Positions 25,472 through 39,300 of a DNA stretch of 64,000 nucleotides are shown here, piece after piece. The position numbers were made by a program, and so were the translations under genes. This DNA comes from the human T2T-CHM13v2.0 reference genome, Homo sapiens: assembly GCF_009914755.1 (NCBI RefSeq), contig NC_060943.1; one strand, given 5' to 3'. Below the pieces are notes generated by a model that saw nothing but the letters and a program-made list of their open reading frames with translations, was not told where the DNA came from and ran no database searches. Within the stretch, counting starts at the first letter, position 1. Every line of letters starts with the position of its first letter.

Positions 25472-28400
25472 ATGATTCTCAGAAACTCCTTTGTGATGTG
25501 TGCGTTCAACTCACACAGTTTAACCTTTCTTTTCATAGAGCAGTTAGGAAACACTCTGTTTGTAAAGTCTGCAAGTGGATATTCAGACCTCCTTGAGGCC
25601 TTCGTTGGAAACGGGATTTCTTCATATTATGCTAGACAGAAGAATTCTCAGTAACTTCCTTGTGTTGTGTGTATTCAACTCACAGAGTTGAACGATCCTT
25701 TACACAGAGCAGACTTGAAACACTCTTTTTGTGGAATTTGCAAGTGGAGATTTCAGCCGCTTTGAGGTCAATGGTAGAATAGGAAATATCTTCCTATAGA
25801 AACTAGACAGAATGATTCTCAGAAACTCCTTTGTGATGTGTGCGTTCAACTCACAGAGTTTACCCTTTCTTTTCATAGAGCAGTTGGGAAACACTCTGTT
25901 TGTAAAGTCTGCAAGTGGATATTCAGACTTCTTTGAGGCTTTCGTTGGAAGCGGGATTTCTTCATATTCTGCCAGAAAGAAGAATTCTCAGTAACTTCCT
26001 TGTGTTGTGTGTATTCAACTCACAGAGTTGAACGATCCTTTACACAGAGCAGACTTGAAACACTCTTTTTGTGGAATTTGCAAGTGGAGATTTCAGCCGC
26101 TTTGAGGTCAATGGTAGAATAGGAAATATCTTCCTATAGAAACTAGACAGAATGATTCTCAGAAACTCCTTTGTGATGTGTGCGTTCAACTCACAGAGTT
26201 TAACCATTCTTTTCATAGAGCAGTTAGGAAACACTCTGTTTGTAAAGTCTGCAAGTGGATATTCAGACCTCCTTGAGGCCTTCGTTGGAAACGGGATTTC
26301 TTCATATTATGCTAGACAGAAGAATTCTCAGTAACTTCCTTGTGTTGTGTGTATTCAACTCACAGAGTTGAACGATCCTTTACACAGAGCAGACTTGAAA
26401 CACTCTTTTTGTGGAATTTGCAAGTGGAGATTTCAGCCGCTTTGAGGTCAATGGTAGAATAGGAAATATCTTCCTATAGAAACTAGACAGAATGATTCTC
26501 AGAAACTCCTTTGTGATGTGTGCGTTCAACTCACAGAGTTCAACCTTTCTTTTCATAGAGCAGTTGGGAAACACTCTGTTTGTAAAGTCTGCAAGTGGAT
26601 ATTCAGACTTCTTTGAGGCCTTCGTTGGAAGCGGGATTTCTTCATATTCTGCTAGACAGAAGAATTCTCAGTAACTGCCTTGTGTTGTGTGTATTCAACT
26701 CACAGAGTTGAACGATCCTTTACACAGAGCAGACTTGAAACACTCTTTTTGTGGAATTTGCAAGTGGAGATTTCAGCCGCTTTGAGGTCAATGGTAGAAT
26801 AGGAAATTTCTTCCTATAGAAACTAGACAGAATGATTCTCAGAAACTCCTTTGTGATGTGTGCGTTCAACTCACAGAGTTTACCCTTTCTTTTCATAGAG
26901 CAGTTAGGAAACACTCTGTTTGTAAAGTCTGCAAGTGGATATTCAGACATCCTTGAGGCTTTCGTTGGAAACGGGATTTCTTCATATTCTGCCAGAAAGA
27001 AGAATTCTCAGTAACTTCCTTGTGTTGTGTGTATTCAACTCACAGAGTTGAACGATCCTTTACACAGAGCAGACTTGAAACACTCTTTTTGTGGAATTTG
27101 CAAGTGGAGATTTCAGCCGCTTTGAGGTCAATGGTAGAATAGGAAATATCTTCCTATAGAAACTAGACAGAATGATTCTCAGAAACTCCTTTGTGATGTG
27201 TGCGTTCAACTCACAGAGTTTAACCATTCTTTTCATAGAGCAGTTAGGAAACACTCTGTTTGTAAAGTCTGCAAGTGGATATTCAGACATCCTTGAGGCT
27301 TTCGTTGGAAACGGGATTTCTTCATATTCTGCTAGAAAGAAGAATTCTCAGTAACTTCCTTGTGTTGTGTGTATTCAACTCACAGAGTTGAACGATCCTT
27401 TACACAGAGCAGACTTGAAACACTCTTTTTGTGGAATTTGCAAGTGGAGATTTCAGCCGCTTTGAGGTCAATGGTAGAATAGGAAATATCTTCCTATAGA
27501 AACTAGACAGAATGATTCTCAGAAACTCCTTTGTGATGTGTGCGTTCAACTCACAGAGTTTAACCTTTCTTTTCATAGAGCAGTTGGGAAACACTCTGTT
27601 TGTAAAGTCTGCAAGTGGATATTCAGACATCCTTGAGGCTTTCGTTGGAAACGGGATTTCTTCATATTCTGCTAGAAAGAAGAATTCTCAGTAACTTCCT
27701 TGTGTTGTGTGTATTCAACTCACAGAGTTGAACGATCCTTTACACAGAGCAGACTTGAAACACTCTTTTTGTGGAATTTGCAAGTGGAGATTTCAGCCGC
27801 TTTGAGGTCAATGGTAGAATAGGAAATATCTTCCTATAGAAACTAGACAGAATGATTCTCAGAAACTCCTTTGTGATGTGTGCGTTCAACTCACACAGTT
27901 TAACCTTTCTTTTCATAGAGCAGTTAGGAAACACTCTGTTTGTAAAGTCTGCAAGTGGATATTCAGACCTCCTTGAGGCCTTCGTTGGAAACGGGATTTC
28001 TTCATATTATGCTAGACAGAAGAATTCTCAGTAACTTCCTTGTGTTGTGTGTATTCAACTCACAGAGTTGAACGATCCTTTACACAGAGCAGACTTGAAA
28101 CACTCCTTTTGTGGAATTTGCAAGTGGAGATTTCAGCCGCTTTGAGGTCAATGGTAGAATAGGAAATATCTTCCTATAGAAAGTAGACAGAATGATTCTC
28201 AGAAACTCCTTTGTGATGTGTGCGTTCAACTCACAGAGTTTAACCTTTCTTTTCATAGAGCAGTTAGGAAACACTCTGTTTGTAAAGTCTGCAAGTGGAT
28301 ATTCAGACCTCCTTGAGGCCTTCGTTGGAAACGGGATTTCTTCATATTATGCTAGACAGAAGAATTCTCAGTAACTTCCTTGTGTTGTGTGTATTCAACT

Positions 28401-30305
28401 CACAGAGTTGAACGATCCTTTACACAGAGCAGACTTGAAACACTCTTTTTGTGGAATTTGCAAGTGGAGATTTCAGCCGCTTTGAGTTCAATGGTAGAAT
28501 AGGAAATATCTTCCTATAGAAACTAGACAGAATGATTCTCATAACTCCTTGGTGATGTGTGCGTTCAACTCACAGAGTTCAACCTTTCTTTTCATAGAGC
28601 AGTTGGGAAACACTCTGTTTGTAAAGTCTGCAAGTGGATATTCAGACTTCTTTGAGGCCTTCGTTGGAAGCGGGATTTCTTCATATTCTGCTAGACAGAA
28701 GAATTCTCAGTAACTGCCTTGTGTTGTGTGTATTCAACTCACAGAGTTGAACGATCCTTTACACAGAGCAGACTTGAAACACTCTTTTTGTGGAATTTGC
28801 AAGTGGAGATTTCAGCCGCTTTGAGGTCAATGGTAGAATAGGAAATATCTTCCTATAGAAACTAGACAGAATGATTCTCAGAAACTCCTTTGTGATGTGT
28901 GCGTTCAACTCACAGAGTTTAACCTTTCTTTTCATAGAGCAGTTAGGAAACACTCTGTTTGTAAAGTCTGCAAGTGGATATTCAGACCTCCTTGAGGCCT
29001 TCGTTGGAAACGGGATTTCTTCATATTATGCTAGACAGAAGAATTCTCAGTAACTTCCTTGTGTTGTGTGTATTCAACTCACAGAGTTGAACGATCCTTT
29101 ACACAGAGCAGACTTGAAACACTCTTTTTGTGGAATTTGCAAGTGGAGATTTCAGCCGCTTTGAGGTCAATGGTAGAATAGGAAATATCTTCCTATAGAA
29201 ACTAGACAGAATGATTCTCAGAAACTCCTTTGTGATGTGTGCGTTCAACTCACAGAGTTCAACCTTTCTTTTCATAGAGCAGTTGGGAAACACTCTGTTT
29301 GTAAAGTCTGCAAGTGGATATTCAGACTTCTTTGAGGCCTTCGTTGGAAGCGGGATTTCTTCATATTCTGCTAGACAGAAGAATTTTCAGTAACTGCCTT
29401 GTGTTGTGTGTATTCAACTCACAGAGTTGAACGATCCTTTACACAGAGCAGACTTGAAACACTCTTTTTGTGGAATTTGCAAGTGGAGATTTCAGCCGCT
29501 TTGAGGTCAATGGTAGAATAGGATATATCTTCCTATAGAAAGTAGACAGAATGATTCTCAGAAACTCCTTTGTGATGTGTGCGTTCAACTCACAGAGTTT
29601 ACCCTTTCTTTTCATAGAGCAGTTAGGAAACACTCTGTTTGTAAAGTCTGCAAGTGGATATTCAGACATCCTTGAGGCTTTCGTTGGAAACGGGATTTCT
29701 TCATATTCTGCCAGAAAGAAGAATTCTCAGTAACTTCCTTGTGTTGTGTGTATTCAACTCACAGAGTTGAACGATCCTTTACACAGAGCAGACTTGAAAC
29801 ACTCTTTTTGTGGAATTTGCAAGTGGAGATTTCAGCCGCTTTGAGGTCAATGGTAGAATAGGAAATATCTTCCTATAGAAACTAGACAGAATGATTCTCA
29901 GAAACTCCTTTGTGATGTGTGCGTTTAACTCACAGAGTTTAACCTTTCTTTTCATAGAGCAGTTAGGAAACACTCTGTTTGTAAAGTCTGGAAGTGGATA
30001 TTCAGACCTCCTTGAGGCCTTCGTTGGAAACGGGATTTCTTCATATTATGCTAGACAGAAGAATTCTCAGTAACTTCCTTGTGTTGTGTGTATTCAACTC
30101 ACAGAGTTGAACGATCCTTTACACAGAGCAGACTTGAAACACTCTTTTTGTGGAATTTGCAAGTGGAGATTTCAGCCGCTTTGAGGTCAATGGTAGAATA
30201 GGAAATATCTTCCTATAGAAACTAGACAGAATGATTCTCAGAAACTCCTTTGTGATGTGTGCGTTCAACTCACAGAGTTCAACCTTTCTTTTCATAGAGC
30301 AGTTT

Positions 30306-33300
30306 GGAAACACTCTGTTTGTAAAGTCTGCAAGTGGATATTCAGACTTCTTTGAGGCCTTCGTTGGAAGCGGGATTTCTTCATATTCTGCTAGACAGAA
30401 GAATTCTCAGTAACTGCCTTGTGTTGTGTGTATTCAACTCACAGAGTTGAACGATCCTTTACACAGAGCAGACTTGAAACACTCTTTTTGTGGAATTTGC
30501 AAGTGGAGATTTCAGCCGCTTTGAGGTCAATGGTAGAATAGGAAATTTCTTCCTATAGAAACTAGACAGAATGATTCTCAGAAACTCCTTTGTGATGTGT
30601 GCGTTCAACTCACAGAGTTTACCCTTTCTTTTCATAGAGCAGTTAGGAAACACTCTGTTTGTAAAGTCTGCAAGTGGATATTCAGACATCCTTGAGGCTT
30701 TCGTTGGAAACGGGATTTCTTCATATTCTGCCAGAAAGAAGAATTCTCAGTAACTTCCTTGTGTTGTGTGTATTCAACTCACAGAGTTGAACGATCCTTT
30801 ACACAGAGCAGACTTGAAACACTCTTTTTGTGGAATTTGCAAGTGGAGATTTCAGCCGCTTTGAGGTCAATGGTAGAATAGGAAATATCTTCCTATAGAA
30901 ACTAGACAGAATGATTCTCAGAAACTCCTTTGTGATGTGTGCGTTCAACTCACAGAGTTTAACCATTCTTTTCATAGAGCAGTTAGGAAACACTCTGTTT
31001 GTAAAGTCTGCAAGTGGATATTCAGACATCCTTGAGGCTTTCGTTGGAAACGGGATTTCTTCATATTCTGCTAGAAAGAAGAATTCTCAGTAACTTCCTT
31101 GTGTTGTGTGTATTCAACTCACAGAGTTGAACGATCCTTTACACAGAGCAGACTTGAAACACTCTTTTTGTGGAATTTGCAAGTGGAGATTTCAGCCGCT
31201 TTGAGGTCAATGGTAGAATAGGAAATATCTTCCTATAGAAACTAGACAGAATGATTCTCAGAAACTCCTTTGTGATGTGTGCGTTCAACTCACAGAGTTT
31301 AACCTTTCTTTTCATAGAGCAGTTGGGAAACACTCTGTTTGTAAAGTCTGCAAGTGGATATTCAGACATCCTTGAGGCTTTCGTTGGAAACGGGATTTCT
31401 TCATATTCTGCTAGAAAGAAGAATTCTCAGTAACTTCCTTGTGTTGTGTGTATTCAACTCACAGAGTTGAACGATCCTTTACACAGAGCAGACTTGAAAC
31501 ACTCTTTTTGTGGAATTTGCAAGTGGAGATTTCAGCCGCTTTGAGGTCAATGGTAGAATAGGAAATATCTTCCTATAGAAACTAGACAGAATGATTCTCA
31601 GAAACTCCTTAGTGATGTGTGCGTTCAACTCACAGAGTTCAACCTTTCTTTTCATAGAGCAGTTGGGAAACACTCTGTTTGTAAAGTCTGCAAGTGGATA
31701 TTCAGACTTCTTTGAGGCCTTCGTTGGAAGCGGGATTTCTTCATGTTCTGCTAGACAGAAGAATTCTCAGAAACTTCCTTGTGTTGTGTGTTTTCAACTC
31801 ACAGAGTTGAACGATCCTTTACACAGAGCAGACTTGAAACACTCCTTTTGTGGAATTTGCAAGTGGAGATTTCAGCCGCTTTGAGGTCAATGGTAGAATA
31901 GGAAATATCTTCCTATAGAAAGTAGACAGAATGATTCTCAGAAACTCCTTTGTGATGTGTGCGTTCAACTCACAGAGTTCAACCTTTCTTTTCATAGAGC
32001 AGTTGGGAAACACTCTGTTTGTAAAGTCTGCAAGTGGATATTCAGACTTCTTTGAGGCCTTCGTTGGAAGCGGGATTTCTTCATGTTCTGCTAGACAGAA
32101 GAATTCTCAGAAACTTCCTTGTGTTGTGTGTTTTCAACTCACAGAGTTGAACGATCCTTTACACAGAGCAGACTTGAAACACTCCTTTTGTGGAATTTGC
32201 AAGTGGAGATTTCAGCCGCTTTGAGGTCAATGGTAGAATAGGAAATATCTTCCTATAGAAAGTAGACAGAATGATTCTCAGAAACTCCTTTGTGATGTGT
32301 GCGTTCAACTCACAGAGTTTAACCTTTCTTTTCATAGAGCAGTTAGGAAACACTCTGTTTGTAAAGTCTGCAAGTGGATATTCAGACCTCCTTGAGGCCT
32401 TCGTTGGAAACAGGATTTCTTCATATTCTGCTAGACAGAAGAATTCTCAGTAACTTCCTTGTGTTGTGTGTATTCAACTCACAGAGTTGAACGATCCTTT
32501 ACACAGAGCAGACTTGAAACACTCTTTTTGTGGAATTTGCAAGTGGAGATTTCAGCCGCTTTGAGTTCAATGGTAGAATAGGAAATATCTTCCTATAGAA
32601 ACTAGACAGAATGATTCTCATAACTCCTTTGTGATGTGTGCGTTCAACTCACAGAGTTCAACCTTTCTTTTCATAGAGCAGTTGGGAAACACTCTGTTTG
32701 TAAAGTCTGCAAGTGGATATTCAGACTTCTTTGAGGCCTTCGTTGGAAGCGGGATTTCTTCATATTCTGCTAGACAGAAGAATTCTCAGTAACTGCCTTG
32801 TGTTGTGTGTATTCAACTCACAGAGTTGAACGATCCTTTACACAGAGCAGACTTGAAACACTCTTTTTGTGGAATTTGCAAGTGGAGATTTCAGCCGCTT
32901 TGAGGTCAATGGTAGAATAGGAAATATCTTCCTATAGAAACTAGACAGAATGATTCTCAGAAACTCCTTTGTGATGTGTGCGTTCAACTCACAGAGTTTA
33001 CCCTTTCTTTTCATAGAGCAGTTAGGAAACACTCTGTTTGTAAAGTCTGCAAGTGGATATTCAGACATCCTTGAGGCTTTCGTTGGAAACGGGATTTCTT
33101 CATATTCTGCCAGAAAGAAGAATTCTCAGTAACTTCCTTGTGTTGTGTGTATTCAACTCACAGAGTTGAACGATCCTTTACACAGAGCAGACTTGAAACA
33201 CTCTTTTTGTGGAATTTGCAAGTGGAGATTTCAGCCGCTTTGAGGTCAATGGTAGAATAGGAAATATCTTCCTATAGAAACTAGACAGAATGATTCTCAG

Positions 33301-36300
33301 AAACTCCTTTGTGATGTGTGCGTTCAACTCACAGAGTTTAACCTTTCTTTTCATAGAGCAGTTAGGAAACACTCTGTTTGTAAAGTCTGCAAGTGGATAT
33401 TCAGACATCCTTGAGGCTTTCGTTGGAAACGGGATTTCTTCATATTCTGCTAGAAAGAAGAATTCCCAGTAACTTCCTTGTGTTGTGTGTATTCAACTCA
33501 CAGAGTTGAACGATCCTTTACACAGAGCAGACTTGAAACACTCTTTTTGTGGAATTTGCAAGTGGAGATTTCAGCCGCTTTGAGGTCAATGGTAGAATAG
33601 GAAATATCTTCCTATAGAAACTAGACAGAATGATTCTCAGAAACTCCTTTGTGATGTGTGCGTTCAACTCACACAGTTTAACCTTTCTTTTCATAGATCA
33701 GTTAGGAAACACTCTGTTTGTAAAGTCTGCAAGTGGATATTCAGACCTCCTTGAGGCCTTCGTTGGAAACGGGATTTCTTCATATTATGCTAGACAGAAG
33801 AATTCTCAGGAACTTCCTTGTGTTGTGTGTATTCAACTCACAGAGTTGAACGATCCTTTACACAGAGCAGACTTGAAACACTCTTTTTGTGGAATTTGCA
33901 AGTGGAGATTTCAGCCGCTTTGAGTTCAATGGTAGAATAGGAAATATCTTCCTATAGAAAGTACACAGAATGATTCTCAGAAACTGCTTTGTGATGTGTG
34001 CGTTCAACTCACAGAGTTCAACCTTTCTTTTCATAGAGCAGTTGGGAAACACTCTGTTTGTAAAGTCTGCAAGTGGATATTCAGACTTCTTTGAGGCCTT
34101 CTTTGGAAGCGGGATTTCTTCATATTCTGCTAGACAGAAGAATTCTCAGTAACTTCCTTGTGTTGTGTGTATTCAACTCACAGAGTTGAACGATCCTTTA
34201 CACAGAGCAGACTTGAAACACTCTTTTTGTGGAATTTGCAAGTGGAGATTTCAGCCGCTTTGAGGTCAATGGTAGAATAGGAAATATCTTCCTATAGAAA
34301 CTAGACAGAATGATTCTCAGAAACTCCTTTGTGATGTGTGCGTTCAACTCACAGAGTTCAACCTTTCTTTTCATAGAGCAGTTGGGAAACACTCTGTTTG
34401 TAAAGTCTGCAAGTGGATATTCAGACTTCTTTGAGGCCTTCGTTGGAAGCGGGATTTCTTCATGTTCTGCTAGACAGAAGAATTCTCAGAAACTTCCTTG
34501 TGTTGTGTGTTTTCAACTCACAGAGTTGAACGATCCTTTACACAGAGCAGACTTGAAACACTCCTTTTGTGGAATTTGCAAGTGGAGATTTCAGCCGCTT
34601 TGAGGTCAATGGTAGAATAGGAAATATCTTCCTATAGAAAGTAGACAGAATGATTCTCAGAAACTCCTTTGTGATGTGTGCGTTCAACTCACAGAGTTCA
34701 ACCTTTCTTTTCATAGAGCAGTTGGGAAACACTCTGTTTGTAAAGTCTGCAAGTGGATATTCAGACTTCTTTGAGGCCTTCGTTGGAAGCGGGATTTCTT
34801 CATATTCTGCTAGACAGAAGAATTCTCAGTAACTGCCTTGTGTTGTGTGTATTCAACTCACAGAGTTGAACGATCCTTTACACAGAGCAGACTTGAAACA
34901 CTCTTTTTGTGGAATTTGCAAGTGGAGATTTCAGCCGCTTTGAGGTCAATGGTAGAATAGGAAATATCTTCCTATAGAAACTAGACAGAATGATTCTCAG
35001 AAACTCCTTTGTGATGTGTGCGTTCAACTCACAGAGTTTACCCTTTCTTTTCATAGAGCAGTTAGGAAACACTCTGTTTGTAAAGTCTGCAAGTGGATAT
35101 TCAGACATCCTTGAGGCTTTCGTTGGAAACGGGATTTCTTCATATTCTGCCAGAAAGAAGAATTCTCAGTAACTTCCTTGTGTTGTGTGTATTCAACTCA
35201 CAGAGTTGAACGATCCTTTACACAGAGCAGACTTGAAACACTCTTTTTGTGGAATTTGCAAGTGGAGATTTCAGCCGCTTTGAGGTCAATGGTAGAATAG
35301 GAAATATCTTCCTATAGAAACTAGACAGAATGATTCTCAGAAACTCCTTTGTGATGTGTGCGTTCAACTCACAGAGTTTAACCATTCTTTTCATAGAGCA
35401 GTTAGGAAACACTCTGTTTGTAAAGTCTGCAAGTGGATATTCAGACATCCTTGAGGCTTTCGTTGGAAACGGGATTTCTTCATATTCTGCTAGAAAGAAG
35501 AATTCTCAGTAACTTCCTTGTGTTGTGTGTATTCAACTCACAGAGTTGAACGATCCTTTACACAGAGCAGACTTGAAACACTCTTTTTGTGGAATTTGCA
35601 AGTGGAGATTTCAGCCGCTTTGAGGTCAATGGTAGAATAGGAAATATCTTCCTATAGAAACTAGACAGAATGATTCTCAGAAACTCCTTTGTGATGTGTG
35701 CGTTCAACTCACAGAGTTTAACCTTTCTTTTCATAGAGCAGTTGGGAAACACTCTGTTTGTAAAGTCTGCAAGTGGATATTCAGACATCCTTGAGGCTTT
35801 CGTTGGAAACGGGATTTCTTCATATTCTGCTAGAAAGAAGAATTCTCAGTAACTTCCTTGTGTTGTGTGTATTCAACTCACAGAGTTGAACGATCCTTTA
35901 CACAGAGCAGACTTGAAACACTCCTTTTGTGGAATTTGCAAGTGGAGATTTCAGCCGCTTTGAGGTCAATGGTAGAATAGGAAATATCTTCCTATAGAAA
36001 GTAGACAGAATGATTCTCAGAAACTCCTTTGTGATGTGTGCGTTCAACTCACAGAGTTTAACCTTTCTTTTCATAGAGCAGTTAGGAAACACTCTGTTTG
36101 TAAAGTCTGCAAGTGGATATTCAGACCTCCTTGAGGCCTTCGTTGGAAACGGGATTTCTTCATATTATGCTAGACAGAAGAATTCTCAGTAACTTCCTTG
36201 TGTTGTGTGTATTCAACTCACAGAGTTGAACGATCCTTTACACAGAGCAGACTTGAAACACTCTTTTTGTGGAATTTGCAAGTGGAGATTTCAGCCGCTT

Positions 36301-39300
36301 TGAGTTCAATGGTAGAATAGGAAATATCTTCCTATAGAAACTAGACAGAGTGATTCTCAGAAACTCCTTTGTGATGTGTGCGTTCACCTCACAGAGTTCA
36401 ACCTTTCTTTTCATAGAGCAGTTGGGAAACACTCTGTTTGTAAAGTCTGCAAGTGGATATTCAGACTTCTTTGAGGCCTTCGTTGGAAGCGGGATTTCTT
36501 CATATTCTGCTAGACAGAAGAATTCTCAGTAACTGCCTTGTGTTGTGTGTATTCAACTCACAGAGTTGAACGATCCTTTACACAGAGCAGACTTGAAACA
36601 CTCTTTTTGTGGAATTTGCAAGTGGAGATTTCAGCCGCTTTGAGGTCAATGGTAGAATAGGAAATTTCTTCCTATAGAAACTAGACAGAATGATTCTCAG
36701 AAACTCCTTTGTGATGTGTGCGTTCAACTCACAGAGTTTACCCTTTCTTTTCATAGAGCAGTTAGGAAACACTCTGTTTGTAAAGTCTGCAAGTGGATAT
36801 TCAGACATCCTTGAGGCTTTCGTTGGAAACGGGATTTCTTCATATTCTGCCAGAAAGAAGAATTCTCAGTAACTTCCTTGTGTTGTGTGTATTCAACTCA
36901 CAGAGTTGAACGATCCTTTACACAGAGCAGACTTGAAACACTCTTTTTGTGGAATTTGCAAGTGGAGATTTCAGCCGCTTTGAGGTCAATGGTAGAATAG
37001 GAAATATCTTCCTATAGAAACTAGACAGAATGATTCTCAGAAACTCCTTTGTGATGTGTGCGTTCAACTCACAGAGTTTAACCATTCTTTTCATAGAGCA
37101 GTTAGGAAACACTCTGTTTGTAAAGTCTGCAAGTGGATATTCAGACATCCTTGAGGCTTTCGTTGGAAACGGGATTTCTTCATATTCTGCTAGAAAGAAG
37201 AATTCTCAGTAACTTCCTTGTGTTGTGTGTATTCAACTCACAGAGTTGAACGATCCTTTACACAGAGCAGACTTGAAACACTCTTTTTGTGGAATTTGCA
37301 AGTGGAGATTTCAGCCGCTTTGAGGTCAATGGTAGAATAGGAAATATCTTCCTATAGAAACTAGACAGAATGATTCTCAGAAACTCCTTTGTGATGTGTG
37401 CGTTCAACTCACAGAGTTTAACCTTTCTTTTCATAGAGCAGTTGGGAAACACTCTGTTTGTAAAGTCTGCAAGTGGATATTCAGACATCCTTGAGGCTTT
37501 CGTTGGAAACGGGATTTCTTCATATTCTGCTAGAAAGAAGAATTCTCAGTAACTTCCTTGTGTTGTGTGTATTCAACTCACAGAGTTGAACGATCCTTTA
37601 CACAGAGCAGACTTGAAACACTCTTTTTGTGGAATTTGCAAGTGGAGATTTCAGCCGCTTTGAGGTCAATGGTAGAATAGGAAATATCTTCCTATAGAAA
37701 CTAGACAGAATGATTCTCAGAAACTCCTTAGTGATGTGTGCGTTCAACTCACAGAGTTCAACCTTTCTTTTCATAGAGCAGTTGGGAAACACTCTGTTTG
37801 TAAAGTCTGCAAGTGGATATTCAGACTTCTTTGAGGCCTTCGTTGGAAGCGGGATTTCTTCATGTTCTGCTAGACAGAAGAATTCTCAGAAACTTCCTTG
37901 TGTTGTGTGTTTTCAACTCACAGAGTTGAACGATCCTTTACACAGAGCAGACTTGAAACACTCCTTTTGTGGAATTTGCAAGTGGAGATTTCAGCCGCTT
38001 TGAGGTCAATGGTAGAATAGGAAATATCTTCCTATAGAAAGTAGACAGAATGATTCTCAGAAACTCCTTTGTGATGTGTGCGTTCAACTCACAGAGTTCA
38101 ACCTTTCTTTTCATAGAGCAGTTGGGAAACACTCTGTTTGTAAAGTCTGCAAGTGGATATTCAGACTTCTTTGAGGCCTTCGTTGGAAGCGGGATTTCTT
38201 CATGTTCTGCTAGACAGAAGAATTCTCAGAAACTTCCTTGTGTTGTGTGTTTTCAACTCACAGAGTTGAACGATCCTTTACACAGAGCAGACTTGAAACA
38301 CTCCTTTTGTGGAATTTGCAAGTGGAGATTTCAGCCGCTTTGAGGTCAATGGTAGAATAGGAAATATCTTCCTATAGAAAGTAGACAGAATGATTCTCAG
38401 AAACTCCTTTGTGATGTGTGCGTTCAACTCACAGAGTTTAACCTTTCTTTTCATAGAGCAGTTAGGAAACACTCTGTTTGTAAAGTCTGCAAGTGGATAT
38501 TCAGACCTCCTTGAGGCCTTCGTTGGAAACAGGATTTCTTCATATTCTGCTAGACAGAAGAATTCTCAGTAACTTCCTTGTGTTGTGTGTATTCAACTCA
38601 CAGAGTTGAACGATCCTTTACACAGAGCAGACTTGAAACACTCTTTTTGTGGAATTTGCAAGTGGAGATTTCAGCCGCTTTGAGTTCAATGGTAGAATAG
38701 GAAATATCTTCCTATAGAAACTAGACAGAATGATTCTCATAACTCCTTTGTGATGTGTGCGTTCAACTCACAGAGTTCAACCTTTCTTTTCATAGAGCAG
38801 TTGGGAAACACTCTGTTTGTAAAGTCTGCAAGTGGATATTCAGACTTCTTTGAGGCCTTCGTTGGAAGCGGGATTTCTTCATATTCTGCTAGACAGAAGA
38901 ATTCTCAGTAACTGCCTTGTGTTGTGTGTATTCAACTCACAGAGTTGAACGATCCTTTACACAGAGCAGACTTGAAACACTCTTTTTGTGGAATTTGCAA
39001 GTGGAGATTTCAGCCGCTTTGAGGTCAATGGTAGAATAGGAAATATCTTCCTATAGAAACTAGACAGAATGATTCTCAGAAACTCCTTTGTGATGTGTGC
39101 GTTCAACTCACAGAGTTTACCCTTTCTTTTCATAGAGCAGTTAGGAAACACTCTGTTTGTAAAGTCTGCAAGTGGATATTCAGACATCCTTGAGGCTTTC
39201 GTTGGAAACGGGATTTCTTCATATTCTGCCAGAAAGAAGAATTCTCAGTAACTTCCTTGTGTTGTGTGTATTCAACTCACAGAGTTGAACGATCCTTTAC

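Noticed and set aside
25391-25654. Unique 87-aa ORF
   Set aside because: It arises from one singleton substitution (25459 G>C) removing a stop in the usual satellite frame, with no independent evidence of coding function.
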